Of a stretch of 64,000 nt of DNA, positions 19,084 through 28,677 are shown one piece after another. The stretch's first letter is position 1. Every line of letters begins with the position of its first letter. The notes under the pieces are model-generated. The model searched no databases. It was given only the letters and a program-made list of their open reading frames with translations, and had not been told where the DNA came from. The DNA is from a bacterium. GTDB taxonomy: Bacteria; Zhuqueibacterota; QNDG01; DSAB01. The translations under genes were made by a program, and so were the position numbers. Location: assembly GCA_011388275.1 (NCBI GenBank), contig DSAB01000070.1, positions 29 through 64,028 on the forward strand, read 5' to 3'.

Positions 19084-19722
19084 ATGAGAGAAAATCCGAA
19101 AACCAGTCTCAAACTCCGGTACAAGAAGGTACTGGAGCTGGGGTTGATTATCTCCCTGGTTCTGCATATCTTTTTGATGCAGGGGTTTAAGAAGCTGGAA
19201 CGAAGATCCGTTCAACGGACGGTGTCTCTGGAAGCCCTTCAGGTTGAAGAGATACCCCAGACCGAGCAGGATAAAAGTGCGCCGGCACCGGCCCGGCCGT
19301 CGGTGCCCATCGCTTCGGAAGACGAAGATCTGCCGGAAGATGAAACCATTGAAGAGACATTTTTCGATGAGTTTGCCGAAGCCACTCCTCCGCCCGAGCC
19401 TCCTGTCGATGATTCGGCGCCGGTGTTCGTCCCCCATGACGAGTCGCCGACACCTGTTGGAGGCATGGCCGCGATTCAGTCTATTCTCGAGTATCCTGAA
19501 ATCGCTCTCAGGGCGGGAGTGGAAGGAACGGTTCTGATATACGCCCAGGTTGATGTGGATGGAATCGTAAAGGCAACCCGGGTCGTAAAATCACTCGGCA
19601 ACAACGGTACGAGTGAAGCGGCCGTGAAGGCGATTCGATCCGTGAAGTGGATACCGGCCAAGCAGCGGGACAAACCGGTTCGAGTCTGGGTGGTTGTTCC
19701 CGTTATCTTCAAGCTGAAGTAA
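19084..19722 (+). CDS. tonB: Energy transducer TonB
   Basis: N-terminal TM with S..LH, Pro/Glu-rich linker, YPEIALRAGVEG.V TonB_C domain. Confidence 0.9.
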   Translation: MRENPKTSLKLRYKKVLELGLIISLVLHIFLMQGFKKLERRSVQRTVSLEALQVEEIPQTEQDKSAPAPARPSVPIASEDEDLPEDETIEETFFDEFAEATPPPEPPVDDSAPVFVPHDESPTPVGGMAAIQSILEYPEIALRAGVEGTVLIYAQVDVDGIVKATRVVKSLGNNGTSEAAVKAIRSVKWIPAKQRDKPVRVWVVVPVIFKLK

Positions 19723-19750
19723 TTTGACGAGTCAACTCGAACACCCAAAG

Positions 19751-19780
19751 GGCAGTGATTCTATCACTGCCTTTTTTTTT
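19751..19780 (+). terminator. Intrinsic terminator after tonB
   Basis: GGCAGTGAT-TCT-ATCACTGCC perfect 9-bp stem followed by T9. Confidence 0.88.
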
Positions 19781-19799
19781 CCGATTGTACGGCTGATCT

Positions 19800-20789
19800 A
19801 TGGATTTTATTGATGAAGTGACATTGTGGGTTTCCGCGGGCCGCGGTGGTGACGGATGTATCGCTTTTCGCAGGGAGAAGTTTGTTCCCAAAGGAGGGCC
19901 CTGTGGAGGAGACGGCGGAGACGGCGGATCGGTCGTTTTCAGGGCCGAGAATAATCTGTCTACCTTGCTGGATCTGCGTCATCGAAAAAAAGTCCGAGCC
20001 GAAAACGGGAAACAGGGCAAAGGCGGCAACATGACCGGTAAAAAGGGAGAGTCCGTCGTGGTTGCGGTTCCCCGTGGGACCCTGGTCTATGACGAAGAAG
20101 GCCGGATTCTCGCGGACCTGACCGAATCGGGGCAGCAATGGGTGGCGGCCGAAGGTGGAAAAGGCGGTAAAGGGAACACCCGGTTCGCCACATCCACTCG
20201 ACAGACTCCTGATTTCAGTGAGCCCGGGACACCCGGAGAGAAGCGAAAGCTCAGACTGGAATTGAAGCTTCTGGCAGATGCCGGGCTGGTCGGCCATCCC
20301 AACGCGGGGAAGTCGACCCTTCTGGCCCGCCTGTCATCGGCCCGGCCCAAGATTGCGGATTATCCCTTTACAACGCTGGTTCCCAACCTGGGCATCGTCG
20401 ATTTGGGCGGGTATCAAAGCATGGTTCTGGCCGATATTCCGGGGCTCATCGAGGGTGCTCATCAGGGAAAAGGACTGGGTGATCGGTTTCTGCGGCATAT
20501 CGAGCGGACCCGCGTATTGCTGTTGATGGTTGATGCGCACAGCATGGAGCCCGGGACCGCTGTGGAAAAACTGATCGGCGAACTCAAGCTGTTCAACCCG
20601 GAGATAATTCGAAAATCAAAACTGGCGATTCTAAACAAAATCGATCTTTTAACTGATGAAGAACGGCAGGCTTTGCCGAATCGTATTGAAGGGATAACGG
20701 CTGTCGCGTTATCCGCGGTTACCGGAGAAGGAATTCAACATTTAATACAAAAGCTGGCGGAGGTGATGGGAGGTGGACGGGAAACATGA
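19800..20789 (+). CDS. obgE: GTPase ObgE/CgtA
   Basis: FIDEV..AG.GG.G..FRREKFVP.GGP.GGDGG; GHPNAGKST; YPFTTL; DIPG; NKID. Confidence 0.97.
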   Translation: MDFIDEVTLWVSAGRGGDGCIAFRREKFVPKGGPCGGDGGDGGSVVFRAENNLSTLLDLRHRKKVRAENGKQGKGGNMTGKKGESVVVAVPRGTLVYDEEGRILADLTESGQQWVAAEGGKGGKGNTRFATSTRQTPDFSEPGTPGEKRKLRLELKLLADAGLVGHPNAGKSTLLARLSSARPKIADYPFTTLVPNLGIVDLGGYQSMVLADIPGLIEGAHQGKGLGDRFLRHIERTRVLLLMVDAHSMEPGTAVEKLIGELKLFNPEIIRKSKLAILNKIDLLTDEERQALPNRIEGITAVALSAVTGEGIQHLIQKLAEVMGGGRET

Positions 20790-21909
20790 TGAGAGCGCCC
20801 TGTTGATGCTGTCATCCGTTCCGGGAATCGGACCGGCACGGATCAGAAATCTGATAGGAAGGTTTCAAACGGCTGAAGCGGTGCTCAGCGCCTCTTCGGC
20901 GGATATAAAACGGGTCGAGGGAATCGATGAGCGGCTGGCCGAAGCCTTGCGTCGAGCGCCTTCCCGTTCCTGGGCGGATAAACAGCGTGAGAAATTGAAA
21001 GCACACGAAGGCCGTCTCGTCTCATACTGGGATGACGACTATCCGGAACTGCTTCGAAAAATATACGATCCGCCGGTTCTGCTCTTTATTCGGGGACAAG
21101 TTGCACTTTCGGCCCAAAAGACCCTGGCCATAGTGGGTACGAGACGGCCGACCAGTTACGGGCGAATGGCTGCCGCCTATCTGGCCGAGGCATGCGTCCG
21201 CGAGGGTGTGGTGGTGGTCAGCGGACTGGCCAGAGGTATCGATACCGTGGCTCACGAGAAAACGATTCAATCCGGAGGAGGAACCATCGGAGTCATGGGT
21301 TCAGGCCTGGATATTCCGTATCCTCCGGAAAACCGCGGTTTGATAAACAGGATGTTTCAGGATGGGTGCGTTGTTTCCGAATTTCCCATGGGCACGGAAC
21401 CGGCGGCCGGACATTTTCCCCGGCGCAACCGGATTATCGCGGGACTCTGCCGCGGAACGGTGGTTGTCGAAGCGGGAGAACGAAGCGGAGCGCTCATCAC
21501 AGCGGCACTGGCCTTGGAGCAGGGTCGTGAAGTCTTCGCCGTTCCGGGATCAATAAAAAACAAGGCAGCCAGAGGTCCGCATCGATTGATCAGGGACGGC
21601 GCGAAACTGGTCGAAAATATCGAAGATGTTTTTATCGAAATCCCGGGCTGGCAGACTTCATCTGCGGAAACCGTGAAACAGAGGGTTATGCTCACGAATA
21701 AAGAGAGGCAGGTATGGGCCGTATTGACACAAACTGATTCCAAACATGTGGATAACATCGCCGGGGAGACCGGGCTGAATCCTTCGGAATGTTTGAGCCT
21801 GCTCCTCTCCATGGAGCTGAAAGATTGCGTGCAGCAGCACAACGGAATGCTGTTCACCAGGAGTGACTGTGATGTCGACGATTTCGATCGTGAAATGTCT
21901 CGAATATGA
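20773..21909 (+). CDS. dprA: DNA-processing protein DprA
   Basis: N-terminal SAM-like GIGP, IYDPP.LL, AIVGTR, VSGLARGID, FPRRNRII, C-terminal wHTH; GTG start after GGAG. Confidence 0.95.
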   Translation: MDGKHDESALLMLSSVPGIGPARIRNLIGRFQTAEAVLSASSADIKRVEGIDERLAEALRRAPSRSWADKQREKLKAHEGRLVSYWDDDYPELLRKIYDPPVLLFIRGQVALSAQKTLAIVGTRRPTSYGRMAAAYLAEACVREGVVVVSGLARGIDTVAHEKTIQSGGGTIGVMGSGLDIPYPPENRGLINRMFQDGCVVSEFPMGTEPAAGHFPRRNRIIAGLCRGTVVVEAGERSGALITAALALEQGREVFAVPGSIKNKAARGPHRLIRDGAKLVENIEDVFIEIPGWQTSSAETVKQRVMLTNKERQVWAVLTQTDSKHVDNIAGETGLNPSECLSLLLSMELKDCVQQHNGMLFTRSDCDVDDFDREMSRI

Positions 21910-22990
21910 GAAGGAGCTTGTATTTCAGAGTGTTCATGAGCTTTTGGATCGGTTGGGTGGTATCGGTTGTTTTGTCCAAAGCGGACAGACCGTTCTTTTA
22001 AAACCCAACATGCTGTCCGCCAAATCACCCCTTCAGGGAGTTACCACCCATCCGTTGATTCTGGAAGCCATGATTCATGAAGTTCAATCCGTCGGAGGTG
22101 AGGCATGGATCGGCGACAGCCCTTCCGGAGCTCTCAAGGGAATCGAGCGCTGCTGGGAAAATACCGGTTTTCTGGAGGTTGCGGAAAAAACGGGCGCCCG
22201 GATCATTCATTTTGAGGCCGGCGGTACCAAGATTTGCCGGGCCGGAAAAGAGATCTATCACCTGGCCAAATCCGTCATGGAAGCCGATGTGGTCATCAAT
22301 CTGCCGAAATTGAAAACACACGGGTTTACGCTTTATACCGGGGCCGTTAAAAACCTCTACGGAACCCTGCCCGGTTTTCAAAAGGCCATCTATCATAAAA
22401 AACATCCGCATCCGGACCATTTCAGCCGGGTTTTGGTTGATCTGTACGGATTGGTGAACGCCCGGCTTCATGTCATGGACGGTGTGTTGGGCATGGAGGG
22501 AAATGGGCCGGCTACGGGAAAGAAGCGATGGACCGGGCTGCTGATGGCCGGATCAGACGGAGTGGCCCTGGACGCGGTGGCCGCTCATCTCATGGGATTC
22601 AGGGAGAATGAGATCGATGCCATACGCATCGCCTCCGAGAGAAACCTCGGCGAATCGTCTCTGCAGAACATTGAAATCCTGGGCCCGCAGCTCAAATCCT
22701 TGAGGTTTAAAGATTTCAAGCTTCCTTCCAACCGAATGATCTATCTGGTTCCGCAATGGCTCATCCGTTTGGTGGGTAAAATGCTCTGGGTCTGTCCTCA
22801 GGCCGATTATGAAAAGTGTACCGGATGCGGAATTTGTGCCCGAAGCTGTCCGGTCCACGCAATCGATCTGATTGAGGAAAAACCCGTTATCGACAACAGG
22901 AAATGTATCAACTGCCTTTGCTGCAATGAGTGCTGCCCTGAAGGCGCCATTTATCAGAAACTCAGTATGCTGGCAAAATATTTCGGATAA
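21872..22990 (+). CDS. DUF362-domain iron-sulfur protein with C-terminal 2[4Fe-4S] ferredoxin
   Basis: VLLKPN..TTHP, NLPKLKTH, GAVKN, GMEGNGP; two CxxCxxCxxxCP motifs; AGGAG before ATG 21872. Confidence 0.88.
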   Translation: MSTISIVKCLEYEKELVFQSVHELLDRLGGIGCFVQSGQTVLLKPNMLSAKSPLQGVTTHPLILEAMIHEVQSVGGEAWIGDSPSGALKGIERCWENTGFLEVAEKTGARIIHFEAGGTKICRAGKEIYHLAKSVMEADVVINLPKLKTHGFTLYTGAVKNLYGTLPGFQKAIYHKKHPHPDHFSRVLVDLYGLVNARLHVMDGVLGMEGNGPATGKKRWTGLLMAGSDGVALDAVAAHLMGFRENEIDAIRIASERNLGESSLQNIEILGPQLKSLRFKDFKLPSNRMIYLVPQWLIRLVGKMLWVCPQADYEKCTGCGICARSCPVHAIDLIEEKPVIDNRKCINCLCCNECCPEGAIYQKLSMLAKYFG

Positions 22991-23057
22991 TCATCATGAT
23001 CGAAAGAGAATTCGTTTATCAAGAATCTGTTGATCAGGTTAGAGGGGAGGGTATTGG

Positions 23058-25130
23058 ATGAATGGCAAAAATGATAAAAGACCGATCAATTTTATCGAAA
23101 CGATTATTGAGGAAGACAGGCGCAAGGGCAAAAATGACGGCAGAGTCCATACCCGTTTTCCGCCGGAGCCGAACGGCTATTTGCATATCGGACACGCCAA
23201 ATCCATCTGTCTGAATTTCGGATTGGCTGAAAAATACGGCGGTCTGTGCAACCTCCGGTTTGATGACACCAATCCCACCAAAGAGTCTGTGGAATATATC
23301 GAGTCGATCAAACATGATGTGCGCTGGCTTGGTTTCGATTGGGAAGAACGTCTCTATTACGCGTCCGATTATTTTGAAAAGATGGTGAAGTACGCCGAGC
23401 AGTTGATTCGTGAGGGGAAAGCCTATGTGGACGATTCAACAGCGGATGAAATACGGGAATATCGCGGCACGCTGACACAGCCAGGCAAAGAAAGTCCCTG
23501 GAGGAATCGTTCCATCGAAGAGAACCTGGAGCTGTTTCAAAGGATGAAAAGCGGTGAATACCCCGACGGATCCAGGGTTTTAAGAGCCAAGATCGACATG
23601 GGTTCATCCAATTTAAACATGCGTGATCCGGTCATGTATCGGATTCTTCATGCCGCTCACCCTCGAACCGGGAAGAAATGGTGTATCTATCCAATGTACG
23701 ACTGGGCCCATGGATTGGAAGATTCCATTGAAAAGATCACCCATTCCATATGCACCCTTGAGTTCGAGGATCATCGTCCCCTTTATGACTGGTTTCTGGA
23801 TCAATTGCGAGTATTTCATCCGCGGCAGATCGAGTTCGCGCGTCTGAATCTGACGTATACAGTCATGAGCAAGAGGAAATTGCTGGATCTGGTTCAATCG
23901 GGAGAGGTGCAGGGATGGGATGATCCGCGAATGCCGACCCTTTCGGGTCTTCGGCGCAGGGGGTATACGCCCTCTTCCATACGCCAGTTCGCTGACCGTA
24001 TCGGCGTTGCCAAACGGGACAGCACCGTGGATATCGCCTTGCTTGAGTATTGCATTCGGGAAGAACTGAATGCACAGGCACGGCGTTTCATGGCGGTCTT
24101 AAGGCCTCTGAAAGTCATTATTACCAACTATCCTGAAGGCCGGGTTGAGAAGCTTGAAGCTGTGAACAATCCCGAAGATCCCTCAGCCGGGACCCGCAAA
24201 ATTCCTTTCTCGAGGGAGATCTATATCGAGAGGGATGATTTCATGCAAGATCCGCCGAAAAAGTTTTATCGGCTCGCTCCGGGCAGGGAGATCAGGCTGC
24301 GTTACGCGTATTTCATCACCTGTGAAAAGGTGATTCGAAACGAGGCCGGTGAAATAGAGGCGCTTCACTGCACTTACGATCCGGCTACGAGGGGCGGGGA
24401 CGCGCCCGACAACCGGCGCGTCAAGGCCACGCTGCACTGGGTCTCGGTTCCCCACGCCAGGAATGCCGAGGTTCGGCTCTATGACCGTTTGTTTGACGTC
24501 GAGTATCCGGAAGCGGATAAATCGGTTTCTTTTAAAGCGCATTTAAACCGCCACTCACTGGAAGTGATCGATCAGGCCAAACTGGAGCCGGCACTGTTTG
24601 AAACCGGAGATGAGCGGGTGCAATTCGAGCGTTTGGGGTACTTTATCAGGGACCCGGATTCCAGGCCGAATCGGCCTGTATACAATCGTATTATCACGCT
24701 TCGTGATGCATGGGCGCGTATCAGGGAGAAACAGCCGCCGCCGGAGGAGAGACGGGTTCAAACCGCCGGCACGGTTCGCGGAGATTCGGAGGAACGAATG
24801 AATGAAATAACAATCGATGATTTTCGAAAGATCGATCTTCGTGCGGGCAGGGTGGTGAAAGCTTCTCTGGTCGAAGGAGCCGACAAGCTGCTCAGTTTAC
24901 AGGTGGATGTGGGAGAAGAGACTCCCAGGCAGATATTCGCCGGGATCCGGTCCGCCTTTCCCGAACCGGAAGTCCTTGTGGGTAAAATGGTTATCGTTGC
25001 CGTTAATTTAGCACCCCGCAAGATGCGGTTCGGCGTGTCCCATGGCATGATTCTCGCCGGTACAGGCGAGGGCCGGCTGAGTTTGGCCACGTTTTCAGGG
25101 GATGCGGAACCCGGTGACTCGGTGACCTGA
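23058..25130 (+). CDS. glnS: Glutamine--tRNA ligase with C-terminal Trbp111/EMAP-II-like tRNA-binding domain
   Basis: [39 protein letters not shown]; C-terminal [26 protein letters not shown]. Confidence 0.96.
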   Translation: MNGKNDKRPINFIETIIEEDRRKGKNDGRVHTRFPPEPNGYLHIGHAKSICLNFGLAEKYGGLCNLRFDDTNPTKESVEYIESIKHDVRWLGFDWEERLYYASDYFEKMVKYAEQLIREGKAYVDDSTADEIREYRGTLTQPGKESPWRNRSIEENLELFQRMKSGEYPDGSRVLRAKIDMGSSNLNMRDPVMYRILHAAHPRTGKKWCIYPMYDWAHGLEDSIEKITHSICTLEFEDHRPLYDWFLDQLRVFHPRQIEFARLNLTYTVMSKRKLLDLVQSGEVQGWDDPRMPTLSGLRRRGYTPSSIRQFADRIGVAKRDSTVDIALLEYCIREELNAQARRFMAVLRPLKVIITNYPEGRVEKLEAVNNPEDPSAGTRKIPFSREIYIERDDFMQDPPKKFYRLAPGREIRLRYAYFITCEKVIRNEAGEIEALHCTYDPATRGGDAPDNRRVKATLHWVSVPHARNAEVRLYDRLFDVEYPEADKSVSFKAHLNRHSLEVIDQAKLEPALFETGDERVQFERLGYFIRDPDSRPNRPVYNRIITLRDAWARIREKQPPPEERRVQTAGTVRGDSEERMNEITIDDFRKIDLRAGRVVKASLVEGADKLLSLQVDVGEETPRQIFAGIRSAFPEPEVLVGKMVIVAVNLAPRKMRFGVSHGMILAGTGEGRLSLATFSGDAEPGDSVT

Positions 25131-25209
25131 TTGAAAGACCTTCACCCAAATCATAAATCTCTGCGGGTTCAACACGCGTTCGGAATTGATATCGGAAATG
25201 AAATTCATG

Positions 25210-25238
25210 TTGATTTACGCGATGAAAATGTTTATATT
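25210..25238 (+). promoter_or_regulatory. Putative sigma70 promoter for the tRNA-Ser pair and gltX
   Basis: TTGATT-17 nt-TATATT. Confidence 0.6.
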
Positions 25239-25323
25239 CCAACCTATTTGGAGGGTCGTCCTCAGGGGCAATGCACCATCCCGAATCTTTCGGCCGGGAC
25301 AAACCTGAACCTCCAGACAAACC

Positions 25324-25407
25324 GGAGGGCTAGACCTAATTGGTAAGGCAGCGGTCTTGAAAACCGCCGGGCTCACGCCCTTGGGAGTTCGAGTCTCCCG
25401 CCCTCCG
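25324..25407 (+). tRNA. tRNA-Ser (anticodon TGA)
   Basis: Acceptor GGAGGGC/GCCCTCC+G, anticodon arm GCGGT-CT-TGA-AA-ACCGC, long variable arm, GTTCGAG T-loop; CCA not encoded. Confidence 0.95.
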
Positions 25408-25468
25408 CTTGAAAGATCGACGAATATCGAAGAGTTCTCTTACAATTTGATCAACAGATTCTTTGTCC

Positions 25469-25560
25469 GGAGAGGTGGCCGAGTCGGCTGAAGGCAGCCG
25501 CCTGCTAAGCGGTTGTAGGGGCACAAACTCCTACCGTGGGTTCGAATCCCACCCTCTCCG
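25469..25560 (+). tRNA. tRNA-Ser (anticodon GCT)
   Basis: Acceptor GGAGAGG/CCTCTCC+G, anticodon arm GCCGC-CT-GCT-AA-GCGGT, long variable arm, GTTCGAA T-loop; CCA not encoded. Confidence 0.96.
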
Positions 25561-25583
25561 CATTTTTATGCCCGGAGTCTGAT

Positions 25584-27023
25584 ATGCGTGTCCAAAGGAA
25601 CCCGGTCGTTCGCTTCGCTCCCAGCCCTACAGGCGTATTGCATCTTGGAGGTGCCCGAACAGCCTTGTTTAATTATCTGTTTGCACGGCATCATAACGGC
25701 CGGTTCCTTCTGCGCATCGAAGATACCGATCGTGTTCGTTCTGCAGAATCCGTGACAGAAAGCATCCTCGAAAGCCTGCGATGGATGGGATTGAAGTGGG
25801 ACGGAGACATGATCATACAGTCCAGACGCCGCGACCGCCATAAAGCTTTCTGTTTTCGGTTGTGGGAAATGAAACGGGCTTATCCTTGTTTTTGCACGCT
25901 CGAGACACTTCGGAGAAAAAGAGAAATCGCGGAAAAGAATTCGGGTGATACCCGTTATGATGGTACATGCCGGGGTCTGGAAGAAGAGGAGGTTCGCAAA
26001 CGGATTCAGAACGGGGAATCCCATGTCCTTCGATTTCGAGTGCCTGAGGGAGAAACCGTATTTCAAGATCGAGTACGGGAACGGGTTCAGGTCAGTCATG
26101 ATACGCTGGATGATTTTGTAATTCTCCGTTCGGACGGGATGCCGGTTTATCAGGCGGCTGTGGTCGTCGATGATCATGATATGGGTATCACCCATGTGAT
26201 TCGCGGTGACGACCATCTTTCCAACACACCCAAGCAGATACTGCTCTATCAGGCAGCAGGCTGGCCGGTTCCCTGTTTCGCCCATGTTCCCATGATCCTT
26301 GGACCCGATAAAAAGAGACTTTCCAAAAGGTATGGGGCGACCTCTGTTGAGGCCTATCGTGAAGCCGGCTATCTGCCGCAGGCACTGGTGAATTATTTGG
26401 CTCTTTTGGGGTGGTCGCCGGGTGACAATCGCGAAATCATGACTCTGGATGAACTTGTTTTCTCATTTTCATTGGAGGGTATAACCAAAAATCCGGCTGT
26501 TTTCGATGAGACCAAACTGGTCTGGCTCAACGGACGAATTATTTCCGGAATGGACAGCGTCGAGCTCGTCGAAAAGGCGGCTCCATGGCTGATCGATTCC
26601 GGTTTGACTGATGAAGATTTCATACGCAATAATCCACAGTATATGATCAGGTTTGTGGAACTTTTAAAAGACAGAATCAGAAAATTGAAAGATTTCGCCG
26701 AAAAAGGCGGTTACTTTTTCAGGGATCCTGATCAATATGATGACAAGGCCTGCAAAAAGCATTGGAAGGTGCCCGAATCGGGCATTCGGCTGAAAACATT
26801 GCTGCCTTTGCTTAAACAAACGGAGTGGACCGTCGAAGCCCTGGAAAAGACGGTCAGGAAAGCGGCTGATGAGCAGCAGGAGAATGCCGGACAATGGATT
26901 CATCCTCTTCGAATCGCTTTGACCGGCTTCGGTGTCAGTCCGGGCATTTTTGAACTGGCCGCGGTTTTGGGCAGAGACTCCGTCCTGCGCCGCATACAAA
27001 ATGCTTTGAAAAGATTGCCCTGA
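25584..27023 (+). CDS. gltX: Glutamate--tRNA ligase
   Basis: VRFAPSPTG.LHLGG, LRIEDTD, IRGDDHLSNT, RLSKR, helical anticodon domain. Start moved to ATG 25584, outside the tRNA. Confidence 0.96.
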   Translation: MRVQRNPVVRFAPSPTGVLHLGGARTALFNYLFARHHNGRFLLRIEDTDRVRSAESVTESILESLRWMGLKWDGDMIIQSRRRDRHKAFCFRLWEMKRAYPCFCTLETLRRKREIAEKNSGDTRYDGTCRGLEEEEVRKRIQNGESHVLRFRVPEGETVFQDRVRERVQVSHDTLDDFVILRSDGMPVYQAAVVVDDHDMGITHVIRGDDHLSNTPKQILLYQAAGWPVPCFAHVPMILGPDKKRLSKRYGATSVEAYREAGYLPQALVNYLALLGWSPGDNREIMTLDELVFSFSLEGITKNPAVFDETKLVWLNGRIISGMDSVELVEKAAPWLIDSGLTDEDFIRNNPQYMIRFVELLKDRIRKLKDFAEKGGYFFRDPDQYDDKACKKHWKVPESGIRLKTLLPLLKQTEWTVEALEKTVRKAADEQQENAGQWIHPLRIALTGFGVSPGIFELAAVLGRDSVLRRIQNALKRLP

Positions 27024-27037
27024 AATGATGAGGTGTT

Positions 27038-27379
27038 ATGGGATATTGTCCGAAATGCCGTTACGAATATGAAGACCATGTCCACCGCTGTCCGGATTGC
27101 AATGAGGAACTCATCGAGTCCCTCGTTCAGGAAGATCCGGAACTCGCGGAAAAGCGCTTCGTACCCATGCCGGGTCTCCCCGGCAGGGTCTATGCGGAGA
27201 TGGTTAAATCCGTACTGGAAAAACAGGGAATCCCCTGTTATATTCGGGCCGATGGTGTGACAGACACTCTGGGTATCAGCGGAACGAGCCCGGTAGCCGG
27301 GACTGTGAGGATCTTCGTTCCTGAAGACCGGCTGAAGGCCTGCATAAACATTCAGCAGAATATGCTGAATCATATTTAA
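27038..27379 (+). CDS. Zn-ribbon + DUF2007-like (PII-like fold) small protein
   Basis: YCPKC..CPDC followed by AEMVKSVLEKQGIPC..VRIFVPED; GAGGTG RBS. Confidence 0.75.
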   Translation: MGYCPKCRYEYEDHVHRCPDCNEELIESLVQEDPELAEKRFVPMPGLPGRVYAEMVKSVLEKQGIPCYIRADGVTDTLGISGTSPVAGTVRIFVPEDRLKACINIQQNMLNHI

Positions 27380-27393
27380 GTCAGGATAGTAAA

Positions 27394-28677
27394 ATGGCCA
27401 GAAATCAATTTCGATCACCCAAAGGCATACGGGATGTTTTGCCTGAAGAGCAGCCTTACTGGCAGCATGTGGAATCCGTAATCCGTGAGACAGTCCGGCT
27501 TTTCGGATACGACAGGCTGGACCTTCCCGTATTTGAGGAGACGGCTCTTTTTCAAAGGGGAGTCGGAGAAGGAACCGATATCGTCGACAAAGAGATGTAC
27601 ACCTTCACAGACAGGAGTGACACGTCGATTACTCTGCGTCCGGAATTTACCGCCGGAACGATGAGAGCCTATCTCCAGAATGGAATGGCCAGTCTACCCA
27701 AACCGGTGAAACTGTGGTCCGCCGGGCCGGTTTTTCGGTATGAGCGTCCCCAGGCCGGACGTTTTCGCCAGCATACACAGTTCAATGTTGAAGCGATCGG
27801 CGACCAGGATCCCGCTCTGGATGTTGAGATTATGTCGGTTGCATGGCACCTTTATAAATCATTGGGATTTAAGAATTTGAGCTTTCAGGTAAATTCTATC
27901 GGGTGCGCGCGGTGCCGGCCGGGTTATCTGCACACACTGGTGGTATACTACAAAGATCACGTGAAAGAAATATGCGATGACTGCGGCAAGCGGCTGCAGA
28001 AGAATCCGCTGCGTCTGCTTGACTGCAAGCAGGATCAATGTCAGCCTGTTATTCGAAACGCTCCGCCCATGGTTGAAATGCTCTGTCAGGAGTGCAGCGT
28101 TCACTTTCATGCATTGCGAACCTATCTGGACGAGCTGGGCCGTCCCTATCAATTGAATAACCGGCTGGTCAGAGGGCTGGATTACTACACCAAAACGGTT
28201 TTTGAGGTCTGGGCGCAGGATATCGGCGCGCAGAATGCCGTGTGCGGAGGCGGGCGGTATGATGGACTGGCCGAAGTTTTGGGTGGGCCACCCACACCGG
28301 GGGTTGGGTTCGCTTCCGGGCTGGAAAGAATCATCCTGACCATGAAGGAACAAAATGTCGAGATTCCCCAGGTACCGGGACCCCGCGTTTTTCTGGCTGC
28401 TCAGACGGAGTCTGCAAACCGCGTGATCGTGCGGATGCTGTCCGATTTGCGGGAAGCCGGCATTGCGGGTGTCATGGGTTTCGGCGGCCGCAGCCTGAAA
28501 GCCCGGCTTCGGGAAGCCAATCGTCGCGGCGCCCGATATGTTCTGATACTGGGCGAGAGTGAACTCAGCCGAAAACGGATCCAGATCAAGAATATGCAGG
28601 GCGGCGAGCAAAGGGAAATCGCTTTCGAAGAGGTCGTATCTTTCTTTAAGGAAGGAGATGGTTCTGTATCCTCGTAA
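27394..28677 (+). CDS. hisS: Histidine--tRNA ligase
   Basis: PKG.RD.LP, TDIV.KEMYTF, LRPEFTA, FRYERPQAGRFRQH.Q, LVRGLDYY, GGGRYD. Confidence 0.97.
   Translation: MARNQFRSPKGIRDVLPEEQPYWQHVESVIRETVRLFGYDRLDLPVFEETALFQRGVGEGTDIVDKEMYTFTDRSDTSITLRPEFTAGTMRAYLQNGMASLPKPVKLWSAGPVFRYERPQAGRFRQHTQFNVEAIGDQDPALDVEIMSVAWHLYKSLGFKNLSFQVNSIGCARCRPGYLHTLVVYYKDHVKEICDDCGKRLQKNPLRLLDCKQDQCQPVIRNAPPMVEMLCQECSVHFHALRTYLDELGRPYQLNNRLVRGLDYYTKTVFEVWAQDIGAQNAVCGGGRYDGLAEVLGGPPTPGVGFASGLERIILTMKEQNVEIPQVPGPRVFLAAQTESANRVIVRMLSDLREAGIAGVMGFGGRSLKARLREANRRGARYVLILGESELSRKRIQIKNMQGGEQREIAFEEVVSFFKEGDGSVSS

Noticed and set aside
25324-25407. tRNA-Sec or suppressor tRNA
   Set aside because: The anticodon is TGA (reads Ser UCA), not TCA, and the acceptor stem is a normal 7 bp.
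25131-25524. Short ORFs 25131..25346 (+) and 25336..25524 (-)
   Set aside because: They overlap a promoter and the tRNA-Ser genes; no protein features.
25324-25560. tRNA genes as an integration site for an island
   Set aside because: No integrase, no duplicated tRNA 3' end seen, and the flanks are housekeeping genes (glnS, gltX).
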